From Gemmatimonadota bacterium (GTDB lineage: Bacteria > Gemmatimonadota > Gemmatimonadetes > Gemmatimonadales > GWC2-71-9), in NCBI GenBank assembly GCA_039586365.1, contig JBDHKN010000023.1:1-64000 (forward strand): a DNA stretch of 64,000 nucleotides, written 5' to 3'. Below are positions 38,363 to 48,740 of the stretch, piece after piece. The translations under genes and the position numbers were made by a program. How positions within the stretch are numbered: the first letter of the stretch is position 1; every line of letters starts with the position of its first letter. The notes under the pieces were generated by a model. It was not told where the DNA came from, did no database searches, and saw only the letters and a list, made by a program, of their open reading frames with translations.

Positions 38363-38720
38363 TATCAGGTGTCGTCCTCTCTCAATTACGAAGGTGGACG
38401 GACAATGCTGGAACTTCAAACCGTTGTCAATGAAGTCAGCAGCACTCATCGTAGCGGCAGCGACCGGCCAAGCAATTGACAATGCGATTGACGGTCAAGC
38501 CGCTTCACGATTGAAAACGCATGTGGGTAAGGGGTTTGCGGGCTTGAGTGAGGCTGGAAACCTTCAGTCAGGCTGACGTTGTTTTCAGAGCAGCGAAGGA
38601 TGTGATTCCAGCCGCCAGTTGCCCGTATGGTTCCTGTCCAATAAGATGCGTCGTTCTATGCCAGGTTTGCAGCGGAATCTTGGGACTGGCATTGTGACTC
38701 AACGGTCGAGAGGACAGAGA

Positions 38721-39221
38721 ATGCATGTAGGCCGGACATTGCGAGAGGGTCTTGTTATTGGGCTGGTGGGCGCAGCCGCGGTGGCAACGTGGTTCCTTGT
38801 GATTGACTTGCTTGCGGGTCGGCCGTTCTTCACGCCCGCCATCCTTGGGCAAGCGATTCTCTTCGGTGGAGTTGCAGATCCGGCAACGGTCGTGGTCGCC
38901 TTCCCGGCCGTCGTTGGTTACACGATGGTACATGTCTTGGCGTTCGTGTCGGTAGCCACGGTCGCCGTGTTCTTTGCCTGTCAAATTGAGCGCTCTCCGT
39001 CAACACTGTTCGTAGCCGTTGTCTTCTTCACGATCTTTGAGTTTGGTTTCTACGTTGTCGTTGCCACCGTGGCGCAGCCGCTGCTGGGCGCGCTGGCATG
39101 GATCAACGTCGCGATCGGGAACGCGTTCGCTGCATTGGGGACGGGGTACTACCTGTGGCGTGCTCATCCACGCCTGCGTCAGAGCCTGAGGGAACACCCC
39201 CTCGGCAGCTTCGCCGATTGA
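38721..39221 (+). CDS. Hypothetical membrane protein (4 TM) upstream of heme o synthase
   Basis: EGLVIGLVGAAAVATWF..GRPFFTP..YTMVH; stop 3 nt before cyoE. Confidence 0.72.
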   Translation: MHVGRTLREGLVIGLVGAAAVATWFLVIDLLAGRPFFTPAILGQAILFGGVADPATVVVAFPAVVGYTMVHVLAFVSVATVAVFFACQIERSPSTLFVAVVFFTIFEFGFYVVVATVAQPLLGALAWINVAIGNAFAALGTGYYLWRAHPRLRQSLREHPLGSFAD

Positions 39222-39224
39222 AAC

Positions 39225-40172
39225 ATGAGCCGCGGTCATCATCTATTGGCACCAACGTTGCGTACTGACAGGCGGTCCGCAGGCAACGCATGCACTGCTT
39301 CCGGCTGGGCAAAGCGGGCGCGGTTGAGCGATGTGGTGCAACTCACCAAGCCACGGATCGTGCTGATGGTGGTTGTTACGGTGGCAGTGGGTTTCTGGAT
39401 GGCTGCGCCATCCACGCAAGCCATGTCGACGCTGTTTCATTTGCTGTTGGGCACTGCCCTGGTTGCTGGCGGCACTAACGCCCTGAATCAGGTTGCCGAG
39501 CGAGATATCGATGTACTGATGCGCCGCACGCGAAACCGCCCGGTTCCGTCAGGGAGAATGAGTGCTTCGCAGGCACGTACGGCCGCCTGGCTAATGGGGA
39601 TGGTGGGCGTGGGGTACCTGGCCCTATCGGTTGGTATGCTGGTGGCCACCTTGGCTGCCTTGACTCTGGTTTCCTATGTGTTCCTCTACACGCCGCTGAA
39701 GCGTCGTTCCTCAGCTTCTGTGCTAGTTGGTGCGGTGCCGGGCGCAATGCCCATCGCGGGTGGTTGGGCGGCGGCGACGGGGAATCTGAGCCTGGAAGCG
39801 TGGGTGTTGTTTTGGATTTTGTTTCTCTGGCAGTTGCCGCATTTCCTGGCGTTGGGATGGCTGTATCGCGAGGACTACGCCCGCGCAGACCTGCAGGTTA
39901 TTAGCGTAACTGATCCGGACGGTCGGCTGACGTTCGGGTATGCGAGTGTGTATGCGGCTGCCTTGGTGCCGGTGAGCCTGCTGCCCACCTTGCTCGGAAT
40001 CGCAGGCCAATTCTATTTCGTGGGAGCGCTGCTCCTCTCTCTGGGGTTTCTCGTTGCCAATGCCGCGGCAGTGGTTCGCTCCACCGCCCTCAACGCTCGA
40101 AGAGCGTTCCGCATGTCGCTGGCATACCTGCCGACGCTCCTCACCCTAATGGCGGTAAATCGAGGATTCTAG
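39225..40172 (+). CDS. cyoE: Heme o synthase (protoheme IX farnesyltransferase)
   Basis: LTKPRI, NALNQ..ERDID.LM.RT.NRP.PSG, YTPLKR, LWQLPHF..Y.EDY. Confidence 0.95.
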   Translation: MSRGHHLLAPTLRTDRRSAGNACTASGWAKRARLSDVVQLTKPRIVLMVVVTVAVGFWMAAPSTQAMSTLFHLLLGTALVAGGTNALNQVAERDIDVLMRRTRNRPVPSGRMSASQARTAAWLMGMVGVGYLALSVGMLVATLAALTLVSYVFLYTPLKRRSSASVLVGAVPGAMPIAGGWAAATGNLSLEAWVLFWILFLWQLPHFLALGWLYREDYARADLQVISVTDPDGRLTFGYASVYAAALVPVSLLPTLLGIAGQFYFVGALLLSLGFLVANAAAVVRSTALNARRAFRMSLAYLPTLLTLMAVNRGF

Positions 40173-40195
40173 ATAGTCACCGGCAGCGCTGAGAG

Positions 40196-40455
40196 TCAGT
40201 TCACACCTTTCCAACCGGGACCCCGCACCACCTGCCCGGGTGTCGCACCCGTGTGTTCACCGCCGTCGAACACCTGGACTCCGTTCACCAGTACATGCTG
40301 CACACCAGTGGCGTATTGATGTGGGTCGTCAAATGAGGCGTGGTCTTGCACTGTGACTGGATCGAACACGACCACATCCGCATAGTAACCAGGCCGTAGC
40401 GAACCGCGGCGCCTAATTCTCAGGTTGTGCGCTGGTAGGGAGGTGAGGCGACGAT
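40196..40455 (-). pseudogene. C-terminal remnant of N-acyl-D-amino-acid deacylase
   Basis: RRLTSLPAHNL...RGSLRPGYYADVVVFDP...D.ASFDDPHQYATGV.HVLVNG...HTGATPGQVVRGPG; N-terminal bulk absent. Confidence 0.75.
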
Positions 40456-40537
40456 AGCAGGGTGGAGGGCGCAAGGGAACACGGGACACTGAAGTGTAAG
40501 TGCCCCAGACTAGAGGAGCGCGGCTGGGCCTGACGGT

Positions 40538-41725
40538 CTAGAAGTTCCCGGTGAGCAGTGGCACCCTGACTCCAAGCACCGTTTGGTGGCTCCGGGCCGC
40601 GTCAGCGCGGTTGAAAATGGTGGGCTGGGGTATAGGCAGTCCTAAGCTCCACTCACTGCCACTGACGTTGACCAGCGAACCCACTGTACCAAACCGCCCG
40701 TCGTCGCCGCCATTGCTGTGTCTGCTGCGAGTCAGTACAGTGGAGGCCAGCAATCCTGCCGCACTGGTCACGGCGGGAATGGCGACGGCAGTCTTGGCTT
40801 CTTTCACCTCGAACAGCAGGTCTAACCCCAGCCCGCCGATACCGCCCGCTAGTCCTGCAGCAGTAATGAGCCATGCTTGGCCCTGAGTCACATCCCACGC
40901 GCCTGAGCTGAGCGCAGTACCCAGTAGCCCGGCGTTGCCACCCGACAGAGTCCATGCCAGGAGGGCGTCGTCTTCGGCATCGGCTAGGACTCCGGCTGCA
41001 AGGCCGAACCAGGTTCCCCAGAAGGCTCCGAACTGGATCATGGTGGCGGTCCCCGCCGAAGGGTCCGTCGCTCCGGAGATGACCGCGCCACCAGCTATTC
41101 CAACTACGCCACCGATCACCGCCGCCGTCCATGGGGCCTCGTCGGGTGTGGAGTGCCAGCAATGCTGGGAGTTGCTGTACGGGTCGTAGTAGCACTGTTC
41201 CGCTTCTCCAATATCAAGCACGGATCGCCACCCCACGCTCTGGAAGGTGCCCCAAATGCTGCCAAAAGAGGTCGCGATAGCCTGGCCTGAGGTCACGGGG
41301 TAGCGGTTGGTGAGCGCTTTAGTGACCCCGAAACCGAGTGGCGCGCCGAGCAGCAACCCGGCCCCGTAAGGCGCCGGCTCGTTAGCCCCTACTGCCGCAG
41401 GTACGGCAACTCCTAGCCACGCTCCGAACAGCGTGTTCCACACGGTGAGTCCAACCTGCCCGCCGTCCCGCTCGGTTTCACCACGGATCCTGGCCCACCA
41501 AGTCGCGGCATCCTGTGATGCCGGAGTGTCGCCGTAGTGACGAAGTAGGATCGCGAGTATATCGCGGGCCAGCCCAACTTCGCCTTGAGCGTCTAGCTGG
41601 CGGGCGGCTTCCAGCAGGATGGCCGCCGAGTCGGCCCGCGTTGCCTGGGCGGGCAGGTGAGTCGGAACAGCAGCCGTCAGCAGAATCAAGCTTGCCAGGA
41701 CAGCCACCAGGCGAAGAGCAGACAT
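40538..41725 (-). CDS. Exported Gly/Ala-rich hydrophobic repeat protein
   Basis: Signal peptide, short TPR-like pair, repeated FG..WG hydrophobic units, C-terminal Phe; GGAGGAG RBS. Confidence 0.75.
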   Translation of the reverse strand: MSALRLVAVLASLILLTAAVPTHLPAQATRADSAAILLEAARQLDAQGEVGLARDILAILLRHYGDTPASQDAATWWARIRGETERDGGQVGLTVWNTLFGAWLGVAVPAAVGANEPAPYGAGLLLGAPLGFGVTKALTNRYPVTSGQAIATSFGSIWGTFQSVGWRSVLDIGEAEQCYYDPYSNSQHCWHSTPDEAPWTAAVIGGVVGIAGGAVISGATDPSAGTATMIQFGAFWGTWFGLAAGVLADAEDDALLAWTLSGGNAGLLGTALSSGAWDVTQGQAWLITAAGLAGGIGGLGLDLLFEVKEAKTAVAIPAVTSAAGLLASTVLTRSRHSNGGDDGRFGTVGSLVNVSGSEWSLGLPIPQPTIFNRADAARSHQTVLGVRVPLLTGNF

Positions 41726-41908
41726 GTCTCCTCCCCAATGCTCGTCGAGTTGATCTGTTTTCCAGAGGCGAATGCTTAAGGTGGGTCCGTCAAGAGGGAG
41801 TCAAGCGGCCAATTATCCTCGCAATTCCCGTTGTGCGAGACGGTGGAAGAAGGCGACCGACAGCGTGCCACAATCGCGTGTTGCCGGCTGCTTGTCCACT
41901 GCCGTCCT

Positions 41909-41940
41909 CCCTTTACCGGCATTTACCGCCTTTTACCGCG
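41909..41940. repeat. 10-mer tandem repeat (TTTACCGCCN-like) x3
   Basis: ctttaccggc atttaccgcc ttttaccgcg, just past the stop of the aldehyde dehydrogenase. Confidence 0.75.
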
Positions 41941-41944
41941 CTTG

Positions 41945-43312
41945 CTACGCAACATATACCGTCTTGATATTCACAAACTCTCTGATTCCGTAGTGAGACA
42001 ACTCCCTGCCATAGCCGCTCTCATTGATGCCGCCAAAAGGAAGTCGCGGGTCTGACTTGACAAAAGCATTGACGAAACAGCTTCCAGCCTCGAGCTGGTC
42101 GGCGGCAATCCGTTCGCCCTTCTCGACGTCCCCCGTGAATACGGCCGCTCCCAGGCCGAAGGTTGAGTCATTGGCCACCTCTATGGCGGCGGCGTCGTCG
42201 GGAACGGCAATTATGGCAGCGACTGGTCCGAACAACTCTTCATCGAAGGCGGGCATTCCCTTTCGAACGTCGGTGAGCACGGTTGGGGGGTAGAAAGATC
42301 CGGGACCTTCCGGTATCGCACCTCCAAGGAGGCATCTGGCTCCGGCGATGAGACTCCTCTCGACCTGATCGTGCAGCTCGTCGCGCAAGTCGGTGCGCGC
42401 CTGGGGGCCGACTTGAGTCTCCTCATCTAGAGGATCTCCCAGTTTGGCCGCCCGCATCCCTTCCACAAACAACTGCTCGAATCTCTCTCGCTGTGATGCT
42501 ACCACAATGAACCGTTTCGCTGCGATACAACTTTGGCCCGAGTTGATGAGCCTGCTGGCCACGCAGATGTTGGCGGCTTGCTCGCTGTCTGCATCGGAGA
42601 GAACGAGGTAGGGGTCGCTACCACCCAACTCGAGGACCGTCTTCTTGAGCATCTCCCCGGCCTTGCTGGCTACCGCTCTCCCAGCAGGAGTGCTACCAGT
42701 CAAAGTGACGGCTTTGACGATAGGACTCTCGATGATCGCGTCTACCTGCCGACTCCCGACGAGCAGCGAGCGAAACGCGTGCTCCGGGAAACCGGCTGCT
42801 TTGAATATGTATTGGATAGCCAACGCGCACCCAGGGACGTTGGAGGCATGTTTGAGAACTGCAACGTTGCCTGCCATGAGGGCGGGTGCAGCGAAGCGAA
42901 AGACCTGCCAGAAGGGAAAGTTCCAGGGCATCACGGCCAGGACTACACCCAGAGGCTGATAGGTGACGAAGCTCTTCGCTGCGTCGGTCTCGACGATCTC
43001 GCGCTCCAGAAACCCGGCTGCGTTCTCGGCGTAGTAGTCGCAAACCCAGGCGCATTTTTCAGCTTCAGCCCGACCCTGAGTGATCGGTTTCCCCATCTCC
43101 TCTGCCATCAGTCTGGCGTAGTCATCGGTCCGCTCGCGGAGAATCTGTGCCGCCGACTTCAGCAACTCGGCTCTAGTAGCAAAGCTCGTGCGGCGCCATT
43201 TCAAATACGCTGCTTGGGATTGTTCCAAGGCGTCCACCACGTCGGCCGGCTTCAGCTCGTCGTACTCTCTGACGATCTCGTCTGTGGCAGGGTTGATCAC
43301 GGGGAGACTCAT
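41945..43312 (-). CDS. NAD(P)-dependent succinate-semialdehyde dehydrogenase (Sad/GabD1-like)
   Basis: MPWNFPFWQVFRF, LKHAS, LTGS, ELGGSDP, NSGQSCIAAKR, EELFGP, PFGG..SGYGREL. Confidence 0.92.
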   Translation of the reverse strand: MSLPVINPATDEIVREYDELKPADVVDALEQSQAAYLKWRRTSFATRAELLKSAAQILRERTDDYARLMAEEMGKPITQGRAEAEKCAWVCDYYAENAAGFLEREIVETDAAKSFVTYQPLGVVLAVMPWNFPFWQVFRFAAPALMAGNVAVLKHASNVPGCALAIQYIFKAAGFPEHAFRSLLVGSRQVDAIIESPIVKAVTLTGSTPAGRAVASKAGEMLKKTVLELGGSDPYLVLSDADSEQAANICVASRLINSGQSCIAAKRFIVVASQRERFEQLFVEGMRAAKLGDPLDEETQVGPQARTDLRDELHDQVERSLIAGARCLLGGAIPEGPGSFYPPTVLTDVRKGMPAFDEELFGPVAAIIAVPDDAAAIEVANDSTFGLGAAVFTGDVEKGERIAADQLEAGSCFVNAFVKSDPRLPFGGINESGYGRELSHYGIREFVNIKTVYVA

Positions 43313-43509
43313 GTCAGCTAATCCTAATTGAGGTTGAGGAGTGGCTACTCGTGGGAAATCTAAGGTAGACGGTGCTAGGATGGTGAGGGACGGTGAAGGA
43401 CAATCGTCACTTCCTTCACCGTCTTGCACCTCTGACACAGCCCTGGTTTGGGTCTGAGAGCGGGGCTACACTGCAAACTCCGGGGGGTGTCTCAAATGGA
43501 ACCCCGCCG

Positions 43510-44505
43510 TCATGGCTCCACGCTGGTCAGTCGCCACAGATCCCGGAGTTGCTCGCGAGTGCCCAACGCAATCAGCACGTCGCCCGGCTCAAACCGCATG
43601 TTGCTAGGCGGGTTTGTGAGCACGGACCCGCCGTCGGAGCGGCGCACCGCCAGTATGTTGGCGCCAGTTCGCTTACGCACCTGTGCCTCTTCGACAGTCT
43701 TGGAGTGGAGATCGCTGTGGGGCCACACCATGCACTCCTCGAGCCACAACTCCAAATCACCAGAATGCATCACCACATCCAGAAACTCGGTGACGGAGGG
43801 ATACAGCAGTTGAGTGGCAATTCGCTGCCCGCCCATGGTGTACGGTGATATGACGCTGCTGGCGCCGCCGCGCAACAGCTTCCCTTCGGCTGAGGGTAGG
43901 TTTGCGCGAGCCACGATCATCAGATCTGGTCTGAGGCTGTGTGCCGAGACCGTGATGTAGAGATTGGTCGGATCGTCGCCAGTGGCGGCAACCAATCCTG
44001 CGGCCCTATCGATACCTGCCTGCTTGAGCACGTTGTCGTCGGATGCGTCGCCGTATACGAACAGCAGGTCGTCGCCCTCCGCGCCGTTCCCAGATTCCTG
44101 TTCGATCACAACACAGTTCTTCTTCCGTTGCTGCAAGCTTTCGATTACTTGTCCCCCAACCCTACCGTAGCCGCAGATGATATAATGGCCGCCCAGTCCG
44201 TCGATACTCCGTTGCATACGCCTTCTCCGGATTGTGCCATGTAGTTCTCCACTTACAATTTGCTGACCGATTGTACTGAAAAGAAAGGCTACAGCGCCAA
44301 CACCAGTCACGATCAGTGCTGTTGTGAACAACTGGCCATCAGGCGACAGAGGTTGCACTTCGCTGAAGCCGACGGTCGAGAGCGTGATGACAGTCATATA
44401 GAGTGCATCAGCGAAGCTCCACCCCTCGATCAGCATATACCCTGTTGTCCCAGCGGCTAGTATTGCCGCGAGGATAATGGCGAATCGAGCTAATCGTGCA
44501 CGCAT
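43510..44505 (-). CDS. 2-TM potassium channel with RCK (TrkA-N/TrkA-C) domains
   Basis: ALYMTVITLSTVGFSEV pore; IICGYGRVG; GDAS; C-terminal TrkA-C. Confidence 0.9.
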   Translation of the reverse strand: MRARLARFAIILAAILAAGTTGYMLIEGWSFADALYMTVITLSTVGFSEVQPLSPDGQLFTTALIVTGVGAVAFLFSTIGQQIVSGELHGTIRRRRMQRSIDGLGGHYIICGYGRVGGQVIESLQQRKKNCVVIEQESGNGAEGDDLLFVYGDASDDNVLKQAGIDRAAGLVAATGDDPTNLYITVSAHSLRPDLMIVARANLPSAEGKLLRGGASSVISPYTMGGQRIATQLLYPSVTEFLDVVMHSGDLELWLEECMVWPHSDLHSKTVEEAQVRKRTGANILAVRRSDGGSVLTNPPSNMRFEPGDVLIALGTREQLRDLWRLTSVEP

Positions 44506-44661
44506 TAGTGTCGGCCGTTCATGACGCTGGAATGTGACTCGGGTTCGGGAACACAATACTCGAATAGCGCTGAAGTACTACATGAGTTCGTGACAGAATC
44601 AGAACCTTGAGAACGCGGAGTCACCGCGCAGTTATGGACACAGTGGTGACCCTGGAGTCGA

Positions 44662-45072
44662 TCACGATGCCGCAGCATCCAGCATGCGCTCGAGCCTTAC
44701 CCGCACTTCTTCAGCAAACGGCGCAATGGAGGCGTTACCTGCCAGCTTGAGCTGCTCCACAGGATCGATAGCCGCGATCACCGATTTGTGAGGCTCGTCG
44801 GAAGCATACACGATTACGTTGCACGGTAGTAGCAGGCCGAGGTCACGCTCGGCAGATAGGGCCTGGTGTGCGATCGGCGGGTTGCAGGCTCCCAAAATGA
44901 TGTAGGGGCGAAAGTCCACGCCCAGTTTCTTTTTGAGAGTAGCTTTGACATCTATCTCTGTCAGGACTCCAAACCCCTCCTTGCCAAGTTCTTCTCGCGT
45001 TCTCTCGACCGCTTGCTCGTAGGTTAAGGCTACCTCCACACTCATTCCGTATTTGGTGGTCTGTTGTGGCAT
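44662..45072 (-). CDS. DUF302 domain protein
   Basis: EGFGVLTEIDVKATLKKKLG..YIILGACNP..GLLLPCNVIV. Confidence 0.92.
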   Translation of the reverse strand: MPQQTTKYGMSVEVALTYEQAVERTREELGKEGFGVLTEIDVKATLKKKLGVDFRPYIILGACNPPIAHQALSAERDLGLLLPCNVIVYASDEPHKSVIAAIDPVEQLKLAGNASIAPFAEEVRVRLERMLDAAAS

Positions 45073-45162
45073 TTCGTTCGCTCCAAGGTTTGATCACGCT
45101 TTGTGTCGCTCAACAGAATATAAACCTGGCTACGTAAAGTTCACCTGATTATGAGGAAACCG

Positions 45163-45191
45163 TTGACGTCACAGGTCTGCGCCTATACCAT
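45163..45191 (+). promoter_or_regulatory. Sigma-70-type promoter for the cox operon
   Basis: TTGACG-N17-TACCAT. Confidence 0.6.
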
Positions 45192-45248
45192 ACGACGCCT
45201 GCCTCCGGCCGGGCCTTTTTTTTCCACTGCGGACTCTATTGATCATAG

Positions 45249-46313
45249 ATGGATTCAAGTCGTAAGAAAACATATCACGGCTCCAGCTACTTAATGGCTA
45301 GCCTTGCCGGTTCTGCCGCCGCGCTATTGAGTGGCTGCGCCGGCCAGTACCCTCAGTCTACACTCGATCCGGCCTCCGGCTTCGGCAGCCAGTTGAGTGA
45401 TCTCTTCGGTACGATATTCTGGTGGGCCGTGGTGGTGTTCGTGGTTGTCGAGGCAGTCCTGGTCTATGCTGTGATCCGGTATCGCGCACGTCCGGGGCAA
45501 GAAGGGAAGCCCAAACCAGTTCACGGCCATACTGCGCTCGAAATCGCCTGGACTCTGGCTCCGGCCGTCATCCTGCTGTTCATAGCCGTTCCGACGATCA
45601 GCACCATCTTCAGAGTAGACGGTACTCCGGAGTCAGGCGCGCTCGAGGTCGAGGTTGTTGGCCACCAGTGGTGGTGGGAATTCAAGTATCCCGAATACGG
45701 GATAATCACTGCGAACGAACTGCACGTGCCCGTGGGCCGTCCCTTGGCCTTGTCGATGACTTCTGTCGATGTGATTCACAGCTTCTGGGTGCCACGGCTG
45801 GGCGGCAAGCGGGACGTGATCCAGGGGCGCACGACACGTTTGGCGTTGACGCCGGATTCGGTGGGGATGTACCTGGGCCAGTGCGCCGAATTTTGCGGTG
45901 AGTCCCACGCCAACATGCGGACACGTGTGTTCGTAGACAGTGAAGCGGACTTCGATGCCTGGGTGGCCCGGCAGCTGACACCCGCTCCGCCAGTGGATTC
46001 ACTCGAGGGATTGGTGCGGCAGGGCGCTGAGGCTTTCACCAAGATCCGCGATCCGGCCAACTATTCCTGCCTCATTTGCCATAAGGTTGAGCCGATTGCG
46101 TTTGGCGCAATCGGTCCCAATCTGACCCATGTCGGCGGTCGTACTACAATCGCAGGTGGGACCATTCCAAATACACCCGAGGGACTGCGTCGCTGGCTGC
46201 GGAATCCACCTGGGGAGAAACCGGGTGACCTTCCTGGTAGGTCAATGCCCAAGGTCGACCTCACCGACGAAGAGATCGAAGCGCTGGTAGCGTTTCTCCA
46301 GAGTCTGAACTAG
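45249..46313 (+). CDS. coxB: Cytochrome c oxidase subunit II with fused cytochrome c (caa3 type)
   Basis: GHQWWWEF, DVIHSFW, CAEFCGESHANM (CuA), CLICH heme c; lipobox LSGC; start may be 45294. Confidence 0.95.
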   Translation: MDSSRKKTYHGSSYLMASLAGSAAALLSGCAGQYPQSTLDPASGFGSQLSDLFGTIFWWAVVVFVVVEAVLVYAVIRYRARPGQEGKPKPVHGHTALEIAWTLAPAVILLFIAVPTISTIFRVDGTPESGALEVEVVGHQWWWEFKYPEYGIITANELHVPVGRPLALSMTSVDVIHSFWVPRLGGKRDVIQGRTTRLALTPDSVGMYLGQCAEFCGESHANMRTRVFVDSEADFDAWVARQLTPAPPVDSLEGLVRQGAEAFTKIRDPANYSCLICHKVEPIAFGAIGPNLTHVGGRTTIAGGTIPNTPEGLRRWLRNPPGEKPGDLPGRSMPKVDLTDEEIEALVAFLQSLN

Positions 46314-46325
46314 ACGGGACGTTTG

Positions 46326-48137
46326 ATGGCCACTTCTGTAGCAGGGCACGTGCCCGCAGTCACATCTGCCAAGAGGTCCGGCGTTTGGAGTTGGATCACT
46401 ACCACTGATCACAAACGGATAGGCATTCTCTACGGAGTCACCGCTTTCATCTTCTTCTTGATGGGCGGTGTCGAGGCCCTGATCATCCGCGCGCAGCTTG
46501 CGGCGCCGAACAACACGCTGGTGGACGCCGAGACCTACAATCAGCTATTCACGATGCACGGCACCACGATGGTCTTCTTGGCGATCATGCCACTCAGCGC
46601 CGCTTTCTTCAACTACATGATCCCGCTACAGATCGGCGCGCGGGATGTCGCTTTCCCACGGCTCAATGCGTTCAGTTACTGGGTGTTTCTGTTCGGCGGG
46701 TTGTTCTTGAGCTCGAGTTTTCTGTTCGGCGCGGCGCCCAATGGCGGCTGGTTCGGCTACGCCAACCTCACTTCCCGGGCCTACTCGCCTGGCCTCAACA
46801 TCGACTTCTGGGTGCTGGGTCTACAGGTGCTGGGCATCGCGTCAATCGCTGCCGGAATCAACTTCATCGTCACGATAGTGAATCTCCGGGCACCGGGTAT
46901 GACCCTGATGCGGATGCCGGTGTTTACGTGGATGTCACTGGTCACGCAGTTCATAGTGGTGACGGCTTTCCCGGTGATCACGGTTGCACTGATCTTTCTG
47001 ATGTTCGATCGGTTCTTCGGGACGAACTTCTACAATGTGGCAGCTGGAGGTGACTTGCTGTTGTGGCAGCACCTTTTCTGGTTGTTTGGTCATCCCGAAG
47101 TGTACATCCTGATCCTGCCGACGATGGGCATGGTCTCGGAGGTACTCCCAACATTCTCACGCAAACCGCTCTTCGGCTACGCCGTCGTCGTCTACTCGGG
47201 CGTGTTGATTGGAGTGATGGGTTGGGGAGTGTGGAGCCACCACATGTTCGCGACAGGCCTCGGCCCGGTGGCGGATTCAGTCTTCAGCGCGACTACGATG
47301 CTCATCGCAATTCCCACCGGTGTGAAGATCTTCAACTGGATCGCCACGATGTGGGGAGGCAGGCTCGAGCTCAAGACACCGATGCTGTTTGCGATCGGCT
47401 TTATCGCGATGTTCATAATCGGCGGTCTGTCTGGCGTCATGCACTCATCGCCACCCAGCGACTTGCAACAAACCGACACGTACTTCGTGGTAGCACATAT
47501 CCATTACGTGTTGGTAGGTGGTGCAATCATGGGGATCATGTCCGGCATCTACTATTGGTGGCCGAAGATGTTCGGCAAGGTGCTAAACGAGGGCATGGGC
47601 AAAGCGCATTGGCTGTTCATGGTAATCGGCATCAACCTCTCGTTCTTCCCCATGCACTTCATTGGCCTCTTGGGCATGCCGCGCCGGATCTACACGTACG
47701 ACACCCAACTCGGGCTCGATACTATGAACCTGGTGTCGACGATCGGCGCGTTCATTCTCGGTGGGTCGTTCTTGATCTTCCTCTACAACGTTTGGTGGAC
47801 GCGGAAAAACGGGCTGCAGGCAGGCAATGATCCCTGGGGTGGTGCCACACTTGAGTGGGCTGTGTCGTCTCCGCCCCCGGAGTACAACTTTTCCGTGACA
47901 CCCCGGGTCAGCAGTCGGCTGCCTCTCTGGACAGCGAACGGGCTGAATGAGATTCCGGAGGTACCTCCTGAGCCAGTTCACGTTCCGGGCGGGACGTACT
48001 GGCCGATCCTCACGGCCGCTGGCATCCTGGCTTTGGCTGTGGGCGCGATCATGCACAGCCTCTGGATTGTGCTGGGTGGTGCGGGATTCATGGTGCTCTG
48101 CGTCTACCGGTGGGCATTCGAGCCCTTTGAGGTCTGA
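46326..48137 (+). CDS. coxA: Cytochrome c oxidase subunit I (A1 type)
   Basis: DHKRIG, FTMHG, WLFGHPEVY, WSHHM, VVAHIHY, MPRR. Confidence 0.97.
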   Translation: MATSVAGHVPAVTSAKRSGVWSWITTTDHKRIGILYGVTAFIFFLMGGVEALIIRAQLAAPNNTLVDAETYNQLFTMHGTTMVFLAIMPLSAAFFNYMIPLQIGARDVAFPRLNAFSYWVFLFGGLFLSSSFLFGAAPNGGWFGYANLTSRAYSPGLNIDFWVLGLQVLGIASIAAGINFIVTIVNLRAPGMTLMRMPVFTWMSLVTQFIVVTAFPVITVALIFLMFDRFFGTNFYNVAAGGDLLLWQHLFWLFGHPEVYILILPTMGMVSEVLPTFSRKPLFGYAVVVYSGVLIGVMGWGVWSHHMFATGLGPVADSVFSATTMLIAIPTGVKIFNWIATMWGGRLELKTPMLFAIGFIAMFIIGGLSGVMHSSPPSDLQQTDTYFVVAHIHYVLVGGAIMGIMSGIYYWWPKMFGKVLNEGMGKAHWLFMVIGINLSFFPMHFIGLLGMPRRIYTYDTQLGLDTMNLVSTIGAFILGGSFLIFLYNVWWTRKNGLQAGNDPWGGATLEWAVSSPPPEYNFSVTPRVSSRLPLWTANGLNEIPEVPPEPVHVPGGTYWPILTAAGILALAVGAIMHSLWIVLGGAGFMVLCVYRWAFEPFEV

Positions 48138-48139
48138 CA

Positions 48140-48733
48140 ATGACGCACGCTGTCACCACTCATCACACCAGTACCGGACTCGACAACAAGAAGCTCGCCT
48201 TCTGGTTGTTCATCGGATCCGAGTGTCTGCTGTTTGGGAGCCTGATTGCGACTTATCTGGTGTACGAAGGCAGGAGCATCAGCGGGCCTACCACCCACGA
48301 GATCCTGAACATTCCGATCACTTCGATCAGTACGTTCGATTTGCTGATGTCGAGCCTCGCTATGGTGTTGGCTCTCGCAGCGGTGACGCGCGGCGACAAG
48401 GTGTGGTCTCGTGTCTGGCTGGCCACCACTGCGGTGTTGGGAGTGATCTTCCTGGGTTTCCAGGCATACGAGTTCGTAACCTTCGTGCATGAAGGCCTCA
48501 CTCTGCAGGTCAATCTGTTCGGGTCTACATTCTTCACGCTCACCGGATTCCACGGTGGCCACGTGCTTGTCGGGGTGATCTGGTTGCTTACCCTGCTCGT
48601 ACGATCGTTTCAAGGGAAGTTGGGGCCGGACAAAGCACTCAATGTGGAGATCGCCGGACTCTATTGGCACTTCGTTGATGTGGTGTGGATCGTCATCTTC
48701 ACAGTCGTGTACCTGATTCAAACCAGCGCGTGA
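48140..48733 (+). CDS. coxC: Cytochrome c oxidase subunit III
   Basis: WLFIGSE, TGFHGGHV, LYWHFVDVVWI. Confidence 0.95.
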   Translation: MTHAVTTHHTSTGLDNKKLAFWLFIGSECLLFGSLIATYLVYEGRSISGPTTHEILNIPITSISTFDLLMSSLAMVLALAAVTRGDKVWSRVWLATTAVLGVIFLGFQAYEFVTFVHEGLTLQVNLFGSTFFTLTGFHGGHVLVGVIWLLTLLVRSFQGKLGPDKALNVEIAGLYWHFVDVVWIVIFTVVYLIQTSA

Positions 48734-48740
48734 ACCTGCC

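Noticed and set aside
41945..43312. Aldehyde dehydrogenase as the microcompartment ALDH
   Set aside because: Non-acylating SSADH type, no encapsulation peptide, and more than 10 kb from the BMC genes.
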